Source: Lysobacterales bacterium
GTDB taxonomy: Bacteria > Pseudomonadota > Gammaproteobacteria > Xanthomonadales > Xanthomonadaceae
Length of the DNA stretch: 56,501 bases
NCBI GenBank assembly: GCA_038233685.1
Contig: JBBSVH010000001.1
Coordinates: 1-56,501 of the forward strand
Reading direction: 5' to 3'
The stretch's first letter is position 1. The number at the start of each line of letters is the position of its first letter. The notes beneath the pieces are model-generated. The model worked only from the letters and a program-made list of their open reading frames with translations. It had not been told where the DNA came from and made no database searches. The position numbers and the translations under genes are program-made. Of the stretch, positions 1 through 11,720 are shown one piece after another.

Positions 1-31
1 AGCCGCAGTGCATGCCGTCACGGGTAACCAG

Positions 32-55
32 GTGCAGGGGCAGCTGCCCCTGCAC
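32..55. repeat. Perfect 24-bp palindrome (possible hairpin/terminator) downstream of PhzF gene
   Basis: GTGCAGGGGCAG|CTGCCCCTGCAC is its own reverse complement; lies 25 bp beyond the stop of 81..956(-). Confidence 0.6.
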
Positions 56-80
56 TGAAACCACTCGATAAGCGACAGCC

Positions 81-956
81 CTACCAGTCGATCGACCCGC
101 GCACGACCTTGCACACCCGCCCGCCCGACCAGACGTCGCCGGCGTCATCGACATGCAGCTCGATGATGGCGTCGTGGCCCACTTCGCGCCCTTGGCTGAT
201 CCGGTAGCGGCCGTCGCTTCCGGGCAAGGCATCGCGCGAAGCGAGCCAGGCGGCCAGGGTCGCGTTCGCCGCCCCCGACGCGGCATCCTCGAACTGCGCC
301 GGCGCGCCCACCCACGCGCGCACGGCAAGGAAGTACACGCGGTCGGTGCTGCGCGCGAATACGCACACCCCCATGCTTTCGGTCGAGTTTGCGAGGTCGG
401 TAATGGCCTCCCACGGTGGCGTTGCTGCGCGCAGTGAAGCCTCATCGCGGAGTTCGACCAGCCACCAGCGACGGCCGCCGTCCATCAGCACCGGAGGCAG
501 GTGTCCAAGCGGCAGGCCTCGCAGGATTTCTCGCAGGCGCGGATCTTCGGCAGACGCCACCTCCATGACCCTGGCGCGCGGGGTACGCACTGCAATCGTG
601 CGGGTTGGCCCGATTCCCAGGACGCGCAGCGGCAACAGTCCGGCGATGCCTTCCTGCACCAGCAATCCATCACGCGGTGTCACCATCCCTGCTTCCAGCA
701 CGGCATGGGCGGTGCCGACGCTGGGATGTCCGGCGAATGGAACTTCGCGGCGAGGGCTGAACATGCGGATGCCGTAGCTGGCAGCCGCGTCCCGGGCGGG
801 GAACACGAACGTTGTTTCCGGCAGGCGGGTCCATCGCGCAATGTCCTGCATCGTGGCGTCGTCTAGGCCATCGGCCTCCAGCACCACGGCCAATGGATTG
901 CCGGCGCCGGGACGGTCGGCGAAAACGTCGAGCTGGACGAAACGGCGTGAAGTCAT
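81..956 (-). CDS. PhzF-family isomerase/epimerase (paralog 1)
   Basis: DVFA..GNPLAVV, LPETTF, EVPFAGHP, EDAASGAAN, QGRE motifs typical of the PhzF/DAP-epimerase-like family. Confidence 0.9.
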   Translation of the reverse strand: MTSRRFVQLDVFADRPGAGNPLAVVLEADGLDDATMQDIARWTRLPETTFVFPARDAAASYGIRMFSPRREVPFAGHPSVGTAHAVLEAGMVTPRDGLLVQEGIAGLLPLRVLGIGPTRTIAVRTPRARVMEVASAEDPRLREILRGLPLGHLPPVLMDGGRRWWLVELRDEASLRAATPPWEAITDLANSTESMGVCVFARSTDRVYFLAVRAWVGAPAQFEDAASGAANATLAAWLASRDALPGSDGRYRISQGREVGHDAIIELHVDDAGDVWSGGRVCKVVRGSIDW

Positions 957-984
957 CGAGGGGCGCGCTGGTGGGCCGCGCAGC

Positions 985-1860
985 TTACCAATCCACGCGG
1001 CCGCGTATCACTGGCTGCACCCGGCCGCCGATCCAGACATCGCCCCGGGTGTCCACTTCGATCTCGATGCGGCCGTCGCGGCCCATCTCGCGCCCCTGGC
1101 TGGACAGGTAGCGTCCGGCCTTGCCCGGCAGTGCGTCGGCGGCCTGCAGCATCGCAGCGATGCAGGCATTGGCGCTGCCGGTGACCGGGTCCTCGGGAAT
1201 CCCGTCCGCAGGGCAATAGGCGCGGACCACCACGTCATGCTCGCTGGAATCGGTCGGAGCGAACACCGCAAGCCCCACCGCCTCGCTGGAACCGGTAAGG
1301 GCGGCAATCGCTGCAAGATCCGGAATCATGGTGCGCACGGTTGCCTCGTCGGCCAGCGGCACCAGCCACCACGAAGGCCCGTTGTTCCACAGCGCGGGAA
1401 CCAGCGTGCCGCCGGGCAGTCCTGCGGTGGCGGCACGCAGCAGGTCCGGGAAATCACCGCTTCCCTGAATGCGCTTGGCGCGCGGGGTGCGCACGTGGAT
1501 CAGCCGCTCCGGGCCGCGCATTTCCACGCGAACCGGAAGCAGGCCCGCATCGCATTCCTGCACCAGGTCTTGCTTGCCGGCATCGACGAGCCCGGCGTCG
1601 ATTGCCGCCCACGCCGCACCCACGCTGGGATGCCCGGCGAACGGAAGCTCCTGGCGCGGGGTGAAGATGCGGACGCGATAGTCGGCCTGGTCAGTGGTCG
1701 GCGGCAGGAAGAAGATCGTCTCGGACAGGTTTGCCCACGCGGCGTACGCCTGCATGGCGCCCGAATCCAGGTCTTTGGCCTCGAACACCACGCCCAAGGG
1801 ATTGCCGGCGCCTGCGCGCTGCGCAAAGACGTCGAGTTGCAGGTAGCGATGCTGGGTCAC
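985..1860 (-). CDS. PhzF-family isomerase/epimerase (paralog 2)
   Basis: DVFA..GNPLGVV, NLSETIF, ELPFAGHP, EDPVTGSAN, QGREMGR; GTG start at 1860 chosen because of upstream GAGGA (ORF track starts at 1869). Confidence 0.9.
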   Translation of the reverse strand: MTQHRYLQLDVFAQRAGAGNPLGVVFEAKDLDSGAMQAYAAWANLSETIFFLPPTTDQADYRVRIFTPRQELPFAGHPSVGAAWAAIDAGLVDAGKQDLVQECDAGLLPVRVEMRGPERLIHVRTPRAKRIQGSGDFPDLLRAATAGLPGGTLVPALWNNGPSWWLVPLADEATVRTMIPDLAAIAALTGSSEAVGLAVFAPTDSSEHDVVVRAYCPADGIPEDPVTGSANACIAAMLQAADALPGKAGRYLSSQGREMGRDGRIEIEVDTRGDVWIGGRVQPVIRGRVDW

Positions 1861-1944
1861 GCGGAACAATCCTCTTGGGTGCTGGGGTGTCGGTGGCGCT
1901 TCGTCTAGAATCGCGGTTCACGCCCGCATGGTCGGGCAGTCCTC

Positions 1945-4566
1945 ATGCCTGTGTCCATGCCCGCCGTATCGCCCGTGCCCGATCGCTGGATCGTCCTGAA
2001 GTTTGGCGGCACCTCCGTGTCGCGTCGCCACCGCTGGGACACGATCGGCAATCTCGCCAAACGTCGTGCCGAAGAGGGCGAAGCGCGCGTGCTGGTGGTC
2101 GTGTCCGCATTGTCGGGCGTCACCAACGAACTCACTGCGATTGCCGATGGTGCCGCAGACAGTCCAGGGCGGGTGGACGCGCTGGCGCAGCGGCATCGGG
2201 ACTTCGTTGACGAACTTGGGCTAGATGTCGGCGCCGTGCTGGGCGAGCGTCTTGCTGCGCTGCGTGCGCTGCTGGACGACCCCCGCGCCGGAGCGCGCGC
2301 CCTGGACTGGCAGGCCGAGGTGCTGGGGCAGGGCGAGTTGCTGTCTTCCACGCTGGGCGCTGCCTACCTCCAGGCCCACGGCCTGGACATGCAGTGGATG
2401 GACGCGCGTGACTGGCTGCTGGCGGCGTCGCGGCCGCACCAGAGCGCATGGTCGCAGCGCCTGTCGGTTTCGTGCAGCTCGATCGCAACGCCTGAGTGGC
2501 GGGCAGGATTCGATCGCCAGCCGGGACGCATGCTGCTCACCCAAGGCTTCATTGCACGTCATGCCGACGGCGGCACCGCGGTGCTTGGCCGAGGCGGCTC
2601 CGACACCTCCGCCGCCTGCTTCGGCGCCCTGCTCGGCGCGCAGCGGGTGGAGATCTGGACCGACGTGCCCGGCATGTTCAGCGCCAATCCGCGCGAGGTG
2701 CCCGATGCGCGCCTGCTGACGCGGCTGGACTATGAGGAAGCGCAGGAAATCGCCACCACCGGCGCCAAGGTGCTGCATCCGCGTTCGATCAAGCCGTGTC
2801 GCGACGCGGGAGTGCCCATGGCCATCCTGGATACCGAGCGCCCGGACCTGCCCGGAACCAGCATCGACGGCGGTGCGCTCACGGTGCCCGGCGTCAAGGC
2901 GATCAGCCGCCGCAACGGCATCGTGCTGGTGTCGATGGAGTCGGTGGGCATGTGGCAGCAGGTGGGTTTCCTGGCCGAAGTGTTCGAACGCTTCAAGCGC
3001 CACGGCCTGTCGGTGGACCTGATCGGTACGGCCGAAACCAACGTCACCGTATCGCTCGACCCGAGCGAGAACCTGGTAAGTACCAACGTGCTCGAAGCCC
3101 TGTCGGCTGACCTGTCGGAAATCTGCAGGGTGAAGGTGATTGCGCCGTGTTCGGCGATCACCCTGGTGGGACGCGGCATGCGTTCGCTTCTGCACAAGCT
3201 CTCTGACGTGTGGGCCACGTTCGGACGCGAGCGTGTGCACATGATTTCGCAGTCGTCCAACGATCTCAACCTGACGTTCGTGATCGACGAGGCCGACGCA
3301 GACGGGCTGCTGCCGGTGCTGCACGCGGCGCTGATCGACAGCGAGGCGATGCCGGTGGACGAGACCAGCGTGTTCGGTCCGCGCTGGCGCGAGATCGCCC
3401 ATGGCGTGCGCAAGCGGCCCACGCCGTGGTGGCAAGGGCAGGGAATGCGCGGCCGCCTGACCGCCATCGCCGATGCGGCAACCCCTGCGTACGTATACGA
3501 CCTGGCTACGGTGCGGGCACGCGCACGCGCACTGTCCGCGATCGCCGCCATCGACCAGCGCTACTACGCGATCAAGGCCAACGCCAATCCGGCCATCCTG
3601 CAGCTGCTGGTGGACGAAGGCTTTGGCCTGGAGTGCGTATCGCTGGCGGAGCTGCAGCGCGTGTTCGAGGTGATTCCCGAGCTGTCGCCGCGACGCGTGC
3701 TGTTTACCCCGAGCTTCGCGCCGCGCGCCGAGTACGAGGCCGCGTTCGGCTACGGCGTCACCGTCACCCTGGACAATGCGGAAGCACTGCAGCGCTGGCC
3801 CGAGACGTTCGCCGGCCGCAGCCTGTGGCTGCGCGTGGACCTGGGGCGCGGCGACGGCCACCACGAGAAAGTCCGCACCGGAGGCAAGGAGTCCAAGTTC
3901 GGTCTGCCGCTGGCCAGGCTTGCCGAATTCCAGTCGCTGGCCGCGGCCCTCGACGTGCGCATCACCGGGCTTCACGCGCACCTGGGCAGCGGAGTGGACA
4001 CGCCGCAGCACTGGAAGCTGATGTGTGACCAGATGGGCGGGATCGCCGAGCGCATGGGCAGCATCGAGATCATCGACATCGGCGGCGGCCTGCCCATTCC
4101 CTACACCGCCGATGACGAACCCTTCGACCTCGACGAGTGGAGTACGGGGCTGGAGGAAATCAAGGAGGCCTATCCCGGCTACCGGCTTGCCATCGAGCCC
4201 GGGCGCTACCTCGTGGCCGAAGCGGGCATCGTCCTGGCGCGCGCCACCCAGGTGGTGGAAAAGGACGGCGTGCGCCGCGTTGGCATGGATGCCGGCATGC
4301 ACACCCTGCTGCGGCCCGCGCTGTACGACGCCTGGCACGACATCGTGAACTTGAGCCGGCTCGAGGAGGCTGCCGATACCGCGTTCGACATCGTCGGGCC
4401 GATCTGCGAATCGAGCGACGTGTTCGGCAAGCGCCGCCGCCTGCCCGGCGCCACCGCCGAGGGCGACGTGATGCTGATCGCCGACGCCGGCGCCTACGGA
4501 TTCACCATGGCCAGCGCCTACAACCTGCGCGCGCTGCCGAAGGAAGAGGTTCTGCTGGATGTCTGA
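1945..4566 (+). CDS. lysAC: Bifunctional aspartate kinase / diaminopimelate decarboxylase
   Basis: N-terminal VLKFGGTSV, VVVSALSG, LGRGGSD (aspartokinase) plus ACT region; C-terminal YAIKAN PLP lysine, HLGS, DIGGG, EPGR, GPICESSD, GAYG (DAP decarboxylase). Confidence 0.95.
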   Translation: MPVSMPAVSPVPDRWIVLKFGGTSVSRRHRWDTIGNLAKRRAEEGEARVLVVVSALSGVTNELTAIADGAADSPGRVDALAQRHRDFVDELGLDVGAVLGERLAALRALLDDPRAGARALDWQAEVLGQGELLSSTLGAAYLQAHGLDMQWMDARDWLLAASRPHQSAWSQRLSVSCSSIATPEWRAGFDRQPGRMLLTQGFIARHADGGTAVLGRGGSDTSAACFGALLGAQRVEIWTDVPGMFSANPREVPDARLLTRLDYEEAQEIATTGAKVLHPRSIKPCRDAGVPMAILDTERPDLPGTSIDGGALTVPGVKAISRRNGIVLVSMESVGMWQQVGFLAEVFERFKRHGLSVDLIGTAETNVTVSLDPSENLVSTNVLEALSADLSEICRVKVIAPCSAITLVGRGMRSLLHKLSDVWATFGRERVHMISQSSNDLNLTFVIDEADADGLLPVLHAALIDSEAMPVDETSVFGPRWREIAHGVRKRPTPWWQGQGMRGRLTAIADAATPAYVYDLATVRARARALSAIAAIDQRYYAIKANANPAILQLLVDEGFGLECVSLAELQRVFEVIPELSPRRVLFTPSFAPRAEYEAAFGYGVTVTLDNAEALQRWPETFAGRSLWLRVDLGRGDGHHEKVRTGGKESKFGLPLARLAEFQSLAAALDVRITGLHAHLGSGVDTPQHWKLMCDQMGGIAERMGSIEIIDIGGGLPIPYTADDEPFDLDEWSTGLEEIKEAYPGYRLAIEPGRYLVAEAGIVLARATQVVEKDGVRRVGMDAGMHTLLRPALYDAWHDIVNLSRLEEAADTAFDIVGPICESSDVFGKRRRLPGATAEGDVMLIADAGAYGFTMASAYNLRALPKEEVLLDV

Positions 4567-5938
4567 CCTGCAATTCCGCCGCGAAGACGTCAAGGCGTTC
4601 CGGTTCGTGCGCTGCGGCTTCGACCCCTACAGCGGCGTGGCTCAGCTTGCGTACGCGTTCGATAGCGGCGCGGAACTGGTGGAAACGATCACCTTTCCCG
4701 GCGCGCCCTTCGTCATGGATGACGCACACACTGCGGCAGTGGAGCGCGCGCTGCGCCTGCTGCACCTCATCGCCGGCGTGAGCTACTACAAGGCAGCGGT
4801 GCCGCCGGAAATAGACATCGAAGGCTACGTGATCGATGCCGATACCGCCGCTCTGCTGCAAACCATCTACCTCAACGGGCTAGGCGAATTCGCCTATCGC
4901 AACGGTCTGGACCTGCGTGACCGTATCAACTTCCCGCACTCCAGCGATGCATTGCCGGCGGGGGCGCCTGCGCTTGGCCTGCGCCCGCACGCGCTGGTGG
5001 CCATTGGCGGCGGCAAGGACTCACTGGTCTCGATCGAGGCGTTGCGCAACGCCGACGTCAAGCAGACGGTGACCTGGATCGGCAACTCCCAGCTGATTGC
5101 CGCGTGCGCCGCGCGCACCGGACTGCCAACGCTCAACATCGGCCGCGCGCTGGCGCCGGGCCTGTTCGAGCTCAATCGCCTCGGTGCCTACAACGGCCAC
5201 ATCCCGGTCACTGCGGTGAACTCGGCAATCCTGGTGATGGCGGCGTTGCTGCAGGGCGTGGACCAGGTGGTGTTCTCCAACGAGCGCTCCGCCAGCTACG
5301 GCAGCATCATCACCCTTGCCGACGGCAGCGGCACCGGCGAAGTGAACCACCAGTGGTCGAAGGGCTGGGCGTTCGAACAGGCGTTCGGTGAGCACGTCCA
5401 GAAGCACGTGGCCTCTGACCTGCATTACTACTCGCTGCTGCGGCCGCTGAGCGAGCTGGCGGTGGCCCGGCAGTTCGCCAGGACCAGCCGCTACGACGGG
5501 TATTTTTCAAGCTGCAACCGCAACTTCCACATCCTCGGCGAGCGACCGGTGAACCGCTGGTGCGGCGTGTGCCCCAAATGCCACTTCGTCTTCCTGGCGC
5601 TGGCGCCGTTCATGCCCAAGCCGCGGCTGGTCGGGATCTTCGGCCGCAATCTGCTCGACGATCCGGCGCAGGCACCCGGCTTCGACGCGCTGCTTGAGTT
5701 CCGCGATCACAAGCCGTTCGAATGCGTGGGCGAAGGACAGGAGTCGCGCGCGGCCATGGCCACTCTGGCGCAGCGTCCCGAGTGGAAGGAAGACGCGCTG
5801 GTGGCGCGCTTCATCGACGAGATACGTCCACAGCTGGATGCGGACGCTCTGGCGGTCGAGCCGCTGCTGCGCATCGTGGACGAGCACCGGGTGCCGCCTG
5901 CGCTATGGGAGCGGCTGAGTGCGAATTTCGCAGCTTGA
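4559..5938 (+). CDS. murL: UDP-MurNAc-L-Ala-L-Glu epimerase
   Basis: GGGKDS PP-loop, NGHIP, SNERSA, NHQWSK, SSCN, CGVCPKC, KPFECVG; directly upstream of a MurD homolog, as in the Xanthomonas MurL/MurD2 pathway. Confidence 0.85.
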   Translation: MSDLQFRREDVKAFRFVRCGFDPYSGVAQLAYAFDSGAELVETITFPGAPFVMDDAHTAAVERALRLLHLIAGVSYYKAAVPPEIDIEGYVIDADTAALLQTIYLNGLGEFAYRNGLDLRDRINFPHSSDALPAGAPALGLRPHALVAIGGGKDSLVSIEALRNADVKQTVTWIGNSQLIAACAARTGLPTLNIGRALAPGLFELNRLGAYNGHIPVTAVNSAILVMAALLQGVDQVVFSNERSASYGSIITLADGSGTGEVNHQWSKGWAFEQAFGEHVQKHVASDLHYYSLLRPLSELAVARQFARTSRYDGYFSSCNRNFHILGERPVNRWCGVCPKCHFVFLALAPFMPKPRLVGIFGRNLLDDPAQAPGFDALLEFRDHKPFECVGEGQESRAAMATLAQRPEWKEDALVARFIDEIRPQLDADALAVEPLLRIVDEHRVPPALWERLSANFAA

Positions 5939-7307
5939 AGGTCTGCGCGTGGCGCTGTGGGGCTGGGGCCGTGAAGGCCGCGCGGCCCACCAGGCGATCC
6001 GTCAGGCTCTGCCGCAGCAGCCACTGACTTTGCTCTGCGCGGGCGATGAAGCGATCGCAGCAGCGGGACTCGGAGATCCGCTGCTGCGGGTCGAGACGCA
6101 GGTGGATGCCGCGCGACTGTGCACGTTCCAGGTCGTGGTCAAGTCGCCGGGCATCAGTCCTTACGACGAACATGCTCGCGCCGCTGCCGCATCCGGCACG
6201 CGCTTCATCGGCGGCAGCACGCTGTGGTTCGATGAGTATCCCGCCGCGCGCACGATCTGCGTCACCGGCACCAAGGGCAAGAGCACCAGCACGGCGCTGA
6301 TCGCGCACCTGCTTCGGGACGCAGGGCAGCGGACTGCGCTGGCGGGCAACATCGGCCTGCCGCTGCTGGAGCTGCTGGATGCACGCCCGGAGCCGGCGTA
6401 CTGGGCCATCGAACTGTCCAGCTACCAGACCCTCGACGTCGCCGCCGCAGATCACGGACCGGACGTAGCCGTGGTGCTCAACCTTTTCCCTGAACACCTG
6501 GACTGGCACGGCAGCGTGGCGCGCTACTTCGAAGACAAACTTGCGCTGGTGACCCGTGCGCGGCCGCGCGTGGCCGTGCTCAACGCTGCCGACGCGCGGC
6601 TTTCCGGCCTGGTGCTGCCCGACAGCGAGGTGCGCTGGTTCAATCGTGACGACGGCTGGCATCTGCGGGGCGACTCGCTGTACCGCGCTGAAGATTTCGT
6701 CCTCGACATCGCGCAAGTGCCGCTTCCCGGACGCCACAACCGCGGCAACCTGTGCGCGGTGATGGCGGCGATCGAGGCGGCCGGTCTGGACGCTGCGTCG
6801 ATGGCGCAGAGCGCGTGCTCCTTCGTTCCACTGCCCAACCGGCTGCAGACCCTGGGCACCCGTGACGGGATCACCTATGTCAACGATTCGATCAGCACCA
6901 CGCCCCACGCGAGCCTGGCCGCCCTGGACTGTTTCGAGTCAGGTCGGGTGGCGATCCTCATCGGCGGTCACGACCGCGGCGTCGACTGGAGCGATTTTGC
7001 AAAACGCATGGCCCGCGCGGCGCCTGCGGTGCTGGTGACGATGGGCGCCAACGGTCCGCGAATCCATGCGCTGCTGGAGCCGCTGGTGCCTGAAGCGGGG
7101 TTTGCTCTCGCATCGGCGCTGGATCTGCCCGCCGCAGTGGCCGAGGCCCGTGCCCTGCTCGGCGGTGATGGCGTCATGCTGCTGTCGCCAGGAGCGCCGA
7201 GTTTCGGTCAATACACCGACTATCAGGAACGCGGGCGCCACTTCGCCCAGCTTGCCGGTTTCGACGCGAAGACGGTCGAGGCCATTCCCGGCCTCGGTAT
7301 CGCCTGA
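5919..7307 (+). CDS. murD: UDP-MurNAc-L-Ala--glutamate ligase (MurD2 type)
   Basis: [15 protein letters not shown]-loop, [32 protein letters not shown]; overlaps murL end. Confidence 0.92.
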   Translation: MRISQLEGLRVALWGWGREGRAAHQAIRQALPQQPLTLLCAGDEAIAAAGLGDPLLRVETQVDAARLCTFQVVVKSPGISPYDEHARAAAASGTRFIGGSTLWFDEYPAARTICVTGTKGKSTSTALIAHLLRDAGQRTALAGNIGLPLLELLDARPEPAYWAIELSSYQTLDVAAADHGPDVAVVLNLFPEHLDWHGSVARYFEDKLALVTRARPRVAVLNAADARLSGLVLPDSEVRWFNRDDGWHLRGDSLYRAEDFVLDIAQVPLPGRHNRGNLCAVMAAIEAAGLDAASMAQSACSFVPLPNRLQTLGTRDGITYVNDSISTTPHASLAALDCFESGRVAILIGGHDRGVDWSDFAKRMARAAPAVLVTMGANGPRIHALLEPLVPEAGFALASALDLPAAVAEARALLGGDGVMLLSPGAPSFGQYTDYQERGRHFAQLAGFDAKTVEAIPGLGIA

Positions 7308-7521
7308 CGGCGTACGGATCGGCGCAGGCACGCGGCGGCGAATCGGCGCCCCAGCATTTCGCTTGCTCGCGTGACTGCAGCGGCTGCATGGACTGTTGCG
7401 GCGGTTGCCGGGCCGGTGTCCGCAGGAAAAAAACTCAAGTGAGTGACCCAAATGGGACACCGATGGGCGCACTGGTCTGGGTCAAGTAACCACACGCGCC
7501 CAACCGGCTGCGCGCCGGAAC

Positions 7522-8520
7522 TCAGTTTTCGCGCCGGAGCGCGTAGCGCGCCAGACCCCGTAGCGCGGCGAGGGCTTCGTTTTCGGGCAAGCCGTCCAGC
7601 GCCGCTTCGGCGGCGTCGGCATAGCGCTGGGCCAGTTCGCGGCTGTAATCGATGCCGCCGGTGGCACGGATCGCGGCCAATACTTCGTCAAGTCCGTCCG
7701 AATCGCCCTGCTCCACGATGTGCCGGAGCCGGTCCCGGACATGCGCGTCAGACTGTCGCATCGCATGGATGAGCGGCAGCGTGGCCTTGCCTTCGGCAAG
7801 ATCGTCGCCCAGGTTCTTGCCCAGGTCCGCCGCATTACCGGTGTAGTCGAGGACGTCGTCGGCAATCTGGAACGCGTACCCCAGGTTCATGCCGAAGTCG
7901 TGCATGCGCTCGCACGTCTTCCTGTCGGCATTTGATGCCAGTGCGCCCAGTCGCATGCCTGCAGCGAACAGCACCGCCGTCTTGCGCTCGATCACCTGCA
8001 GATAGGTGGCCTCGTCCGTATCCGGATTGTTGACGTGCAGCAGCTGCAGCACCTCGCCTTCGGCAATGCGGTTGGTGGTGTCGGCCAGGATCTGCATGAC
8101 GTCCATGCGATCCAGCTCGACCATCAGCTGGAAGCTGCGCGAATACAGGAAGTCGCCCACCAGCACGCTTGGCGCATTGCCCCACAGCGCGTTGGCCGTG
8201 CTCCGGCCCCGCCGCAGGTCCGATTCGTCGACGACGTCGTCGTGCAGGAGCGTCGAGGTGTGGATGAACTCGACGATCGCGGCCAGCTGGTGGTGTACCG
8301 GGGAGGCAGCACCACACGCGCGCCCGGCCAGCGCGACCAGCATTGGCCGCAGGCGCTTGCCGCCGGCGGAGATGATGTGGTCGGCAATCTGGTTGATCAG
8401 GACGACGTCGGAGGCCAGTCGCGCACGAATCAGTGCGTTGACGGCCGCCATGTCTGGCGCTGCCAGGGCTTGGATGTGGGTCAGGTCGAGGGCGGGCCGG
8501 AGGGGTGCGACAGCGGACAT
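7522..8520 (-). CDS. ispB: Octaprenyl-diphosphate synthase (polyprenyl synthetase)
   Basis: [43 protein letters not shown]. Confidence 0.93.
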   Translation of the reverse strand: MSAVAPLRPALDLTHIQALAAPDMAAVNALIRARLASDVVLINQIADHIISAGGKRLRPMLVALAGRACGAASPVHHQLAAIVEFIHTSTLLHDDVVDESDLRRGRSTANALWGNAPSVLVGDFLYSRSFQLMVELDRMDVMQILADTTNRIAEGEVLQLLHVNNPDTDEATYLQVIERKTAVLFAAGMRLGALASNADRKTCERMHDFGMNLGYAFQIADDVLDYTGNAADLGKNLGDDLAEGKATLPLIHAMRQSDAHVRDRLRHIVEQGDSDGLDEVLAAIRATGGIDYSRELAQRYADAAEAALDGLPENEALAALRGLARYALRREN

Positions 8521-8677
8521 GCGGGCCGGGGCAGGGAGGAAGTGGCTGAATTATAAGGGTTGTCAAGCCAGACTAGCCTCACGCTCCAGCGGGCAACCGG
8601 CTGATGGCGCGCGGGCCGGCGGTTATACTTCACTGGCGCTGCCCGCATCCGGCTGGCATTACCGGATGGAAGACGAT

Positions 8678-9160
8678 ATGGCACGTGGCATCAACAAAGT
8701 AATCCTGGTCGGTAACCTGGGCAACGATCCCGACACCAAGTACACGCAGGGCGGCATGGCGATCACCCGCATCAGCCTGGCCACCACCAGCGTCCGCAAA
8801 GGCAAGGACGGCGCAGAGCCGATCGAGCGCACCGAATGGCACCGCGTGGTGTTTTTCGGAAAGCTTGGTGAAATCGCCGGCGAGTATCTGCGCAAAGGCA
8901 GCTCGGTCTACGTCGAAGGCAGCCTGCGCTATGACAAGTACACCGGCCAGGACGGGGTCGAGAAATTTTCCACCGACATCGTCGCCGACGAGATGCAGAT
9001 GCTCGGCGGCCGCGGTGAGGGCGGTGGCGGTGGAGCGAGCGCCGGCGGCGACCGACCGCAGCGCAGTGCACCGCGGCAGGATTCGGCGCCAAGCCGGCAG
9101 CAGCCCGCGGCCCAGCAGGCGCCCATGGACGACTTCGCGGACGACGACATCCCGTTCTGA
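8678..9160 (+). CDS. ssb: Single-stranded DNA-binding protein
   Basis: [27 protein letters not shown], Gly-rich linker, C-terminal DDDIPF; ATG at 8678. Confidence 0.97.
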   Translation: MARGINKVILVGNLGNDPDTKYTQGGMAITRISLATTSVRKGKDGAEPIERTEWHRVVFFGKLGEIAGEYLRKGSSVYVEGSLRYDKYTGQDGVEKFSTDIVADEMQMLGGRGEGGGGGASAGGDRPQRSAPRQDSAPSRQQPAAQQAPMDDFADDDIPF

Positions 9161-9208
9161 AGCCTCGCCCTACTGTGACGCGACCTTTTCATTGACTGGA
9201 GACAACCC

Positions 9209-10264
9209 GTGCCGACTTGGCTCGTAACCGGCGGTGCCGGCTTCATTGGCGGCAATTTTGTCCACGCGGCGGTCGCCAGCGGCGTGCGCGTCATCAATCT
9301 GGACGCGCTCACCTACGCCGGCAACCTCGATACGCTCGCATCATTGGACGGCGATCCGAACCATGTGTTCGTCCACGGCGACATCGGCGACGCCGCCCTG
9401 GTGTCGAAATTACTGGCCGAACACCAGCCCGATGCGGTGTTGAACTTCGCTGCCGAGAGCCACGTCGACCGCTCCATCGATGGCCCCGGCGCCTTCATCC
9501 AGACCAACGTGGTGGGCACGCTGGCCCTGCTCGAAGCGGTGCGCGACTACTGGCGCTCGCTGGAGGACAGCCGGCGCCCGGCGTTCCGCTTCCTGCACGT
9601 CTCCACCGACGAGGTGTACGGCTCGCTCGGGGATACCGGCAAGTTCACCGAGACAACGGCTTACGCGCCCAACTCCCCGTATTCGGCATCGAAGGCGGCT
9701 TCGGACCATCTGGTCCGCGCGTTCCACCACACCTACGGCCTGCCGGTCCTGACCACCAACTGTTCTAACAACTACGGGCCTTACCACTTCCCGGAGAAGC
9801 TCATTCCCCTGGTGATCGCAAAGGCGCTCGCCGGCGAGCCGCTCCCGGTGTATGGAGACGGCAGGAACGTGCGCGACTGGCTCTACGTCAGCGATCACTG
9901 CGCGGCGATCCGAGCGGTGCTGGAGAAGGGTCGCATCGGTGAGACCTACAACGTAGGCGGCGATGCAGAAATGCAGAACATCACCGTGGTGGAGACCATC
10001 TGCAAGTTGCTGGACGTCCGCCGGCCACGCAGTGACGGGCAGTCGCGCGCCACCCAGATCACGTACGTGAAGGACCGGCCGGGGCACGATCGACGCTATG
10101 CAATCGATGCCTCGAAGCTGCAGGACGAGCTTGGATGGAAGCCGCAATTTACTTTCGAACAGGGCATAGCGGCCACCGTGGACTGGTATCTTGAGAACCA
10201 GCGCTGGGTGCAGCGCGTGCTGGACGGCAGCTATCGGCTTGAACGAATCGGCGCAGCGGCCTGA
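9209..10264 (+). CDS. rfbB: dTDP-glucose 4,6-dehydratase
   Basis: [44 protein letters not shown]. Confidence 0.96.
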   Translation: MPTWLVTGGAGFIGGNFVHAAVASGVRVINLDALTYAGNLDTLASLDGDPNHVFVHGDIGDAALVSKLLAEHQPDAVLNFAAESHVDRSIDGPGAFIQTNVVGTLALLEAVRDYWRSLEDSRRPAFRFLHVSTDEVYGSLGDTGKFTETTAYAPNSPYSASKAASDHLVRAFHHTYGLPVLTTNCSNNYGPYHFPEKLIPLVIAKALAGEPLPVYGDGRNVRDWLYVSDHCAAIRAVLEKGRIGETYNVGGDAEMQNITVVETICKLLDVRRPRSDGQSRATQITYVKDRPGHDRRYAIDASKLQDELGWKPQFTFEQGIAATVDWYLENQRWVQRVLDGSYRLERIGAAA

Positions 10265-10281
10265 CCCAAGGAAAAGACACC

Positions 10282-11166
10282 ATGCAACGCAAGGGAATCA
10301 TCCTGGCGGGGGGCTCCGGCACCCGCCTGTATCCATTGACGCAAACAATCAGCAAGCAACTGCTGCCGGTTTACGACAAGCCGATGATCTACTACCCGCT
10401 GAGCGTGCTGATGCTTGCTGGCATCCGCGACGTGCTGATCATCAATACGACGCACGAGCAGGCCCTTTTCAGGCAGCTGCTTGGCGACGGATCGCAATGG
10501 GGGATGCGCATCGAGTACGCGGTGCAGCCAAGTCCTGACGGCCTGGCCCAGGCCTACCTGATCGGCAAGGACTTCGTCGCCGGCCAGCCCAGCTGCCTGG
10601 TCCTGGGCGACAACATTTTCCATGGCCATGGACTCACGGATATCCTCAACCGCGCAGACACCCGGCAACACGGGGCGACGGTGTTCGGGTACTGGGTGCG
10701 TGATCCGGAGCGCTACGGCGTCGCTGAATTCGACGACAGCGGGCGAGTGGTCGGGCTCGAAGAGAAGCCGCCGGCGCCGCGCTCCAACTACGCGGTGACC
10801 GGCCTGTACTTCTACGATGGCCGCGCCAGCGATTTCGCCGGATCGCTCAAGCCGTCGGTCAGAGGGGAGCTTGAGATCACGGATTTGAACAAGTGCTACC
10901 TGGACGACGGTTCGCTGCACCTGGAGCCTCTTGGCCGCGGGTTCGCATGGCTCGACACCGGAACCCACCAGTCCCTGCTTGAAGCTTCGAACTTCATCGA
11001 GACCATTGAAGCTCGTCAGGGACTGCGGGTCTGTTGCCCTGAAGAAATCGCTTTTGGAAACGGCTGGATCGACGCGGCGCAGCTGGAGACGCTGGCCGCG
11101 CCCCTGGCCAAGAATGGCTACGGGCAATACCTGCTTTCGCTTGCCGGGCGGGGAGTCGTACGTTGA
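10282..11166 (+). CDS. rfbA: Glucose-1-phosphate thymidylyltransferase
   Basis: [46 protein letters not shown]. Confidence 0.96.
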   Translation: MQRKGIILAGGSGTRLYPLTQTISKQLLPVYDKPMIYYPLSVLMLAGIRDVLIINTTHEQALFRQLLGDGSQWGMRIEYAVQPSPDGLAQAYLIGKDFVAGQPSCLVLGDNIFHGHGLTDILNRADTRQHGATVFGYWVRDPERYGVAEFDDSGRVVGLEEKPPAPRSNYAVTGLYFYDGRASDFAGSLKPSVRGELEITDLNKCYLDDGSLHLEPLGRGFAWLDTGTHQSLLEASNFIETIEARQGLRVCCPEEIAFGNGWIDAAQLETLAAPLAKNGYGQYLLSLAGRGVVR

Positions 11167-11720
11167 AGGTGATGGAAACCGAGTTGCCGGGCTGCCGCAT
11201 CATCGAACCGGCAGTGTTCGGCGACGAGCGGGGCTTCTTCTTCGAAACCTGGAATGCCGAGCGTTTCGCAGAGCTCGGGCTTCCGGGCAAGTTCGTACAG
11301 AGCAACGTGTCGGCCTCTGCACAGGGGGTCCTGCGGGGCCTCCACTACCAGTGGCCCAATCCGCAAGGCAAGCTGGTCACGGTCCTGGAGGGCGAGGTCT
11401 ACGATGTGGCCGTGGATATCCGCAGCGGATCCCCCAACTTCGGCCAGTGGGCGGCGGTAGTCCTGAGCGCCAAAAACAAGCGCCAGCTCTGGATTCCGGA
11501 AGGTTTCGCACATGGATTTGCAGTGCTGTCAGAGCGCGCGATCTTCAGCTATCTGTGCACGGCAGCTTATGACCGAGTTGCTGACGCGGCCGTTCGCTGG
11601 GACGATCCATCGATCGGTATCGATTGGCCGGTTTCCAATCCCGTGCTCTCTGACAAGGATGCCAAGGCACCGATGCTCCACGAGATGCCAGCGGAACGCC
11701 TCCCCACGTACCTAGCATGA
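11163..11720 (+). CDS. rfbC: dTDP-4-dehydrorhamnose 3,5-epimerase
   Basis: [39 protein letters not shown]. Confidence 0.95.
   Translation: MKVMETELPGCRIIEPAVFGDERGFFFETWNAERFAELGLPGKFVQSNVSASAQGVLRGLHYQWPNPQGKLVTVLEGEVYDVAVDIRSGSPNFGQWAAVVLSAKNKRQLWIPEGFAHGFAVLSERAIFSYLCTAAYDRVADAAVRWDDPSIGIDWPVSNPVLSDKDAKAPMLHEMPAERLPTYLA

Noticed and set aside
81-1860. Phenazine biosynthesis cluster
   Set aside because: Only PhzF-like genes are present; no phzA/B, D, E or G in the window
2221-4593. 790-aa antisense ORF (likewise 14559..16901, 33770..35551, 43183..45279, 53240..55333 and others)
   Set aside because: Shadow ORFs opposite well-supported genes; expected in high-GC DNA and lacking recognisable motifs
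7308-7521. 214-bp gap between convergent murD and ispB as possible sRNA or gene remnant
   Set aside because: No recognisable RNA family, convincing ORF or strong structure seen; cannot be supported without a covariance-model search
8006-8677. Apparent long N-terminal extension of SSB
   Set aside because: Overlaps ispB antisense; SSB homology starts at MARGINKV (8678)
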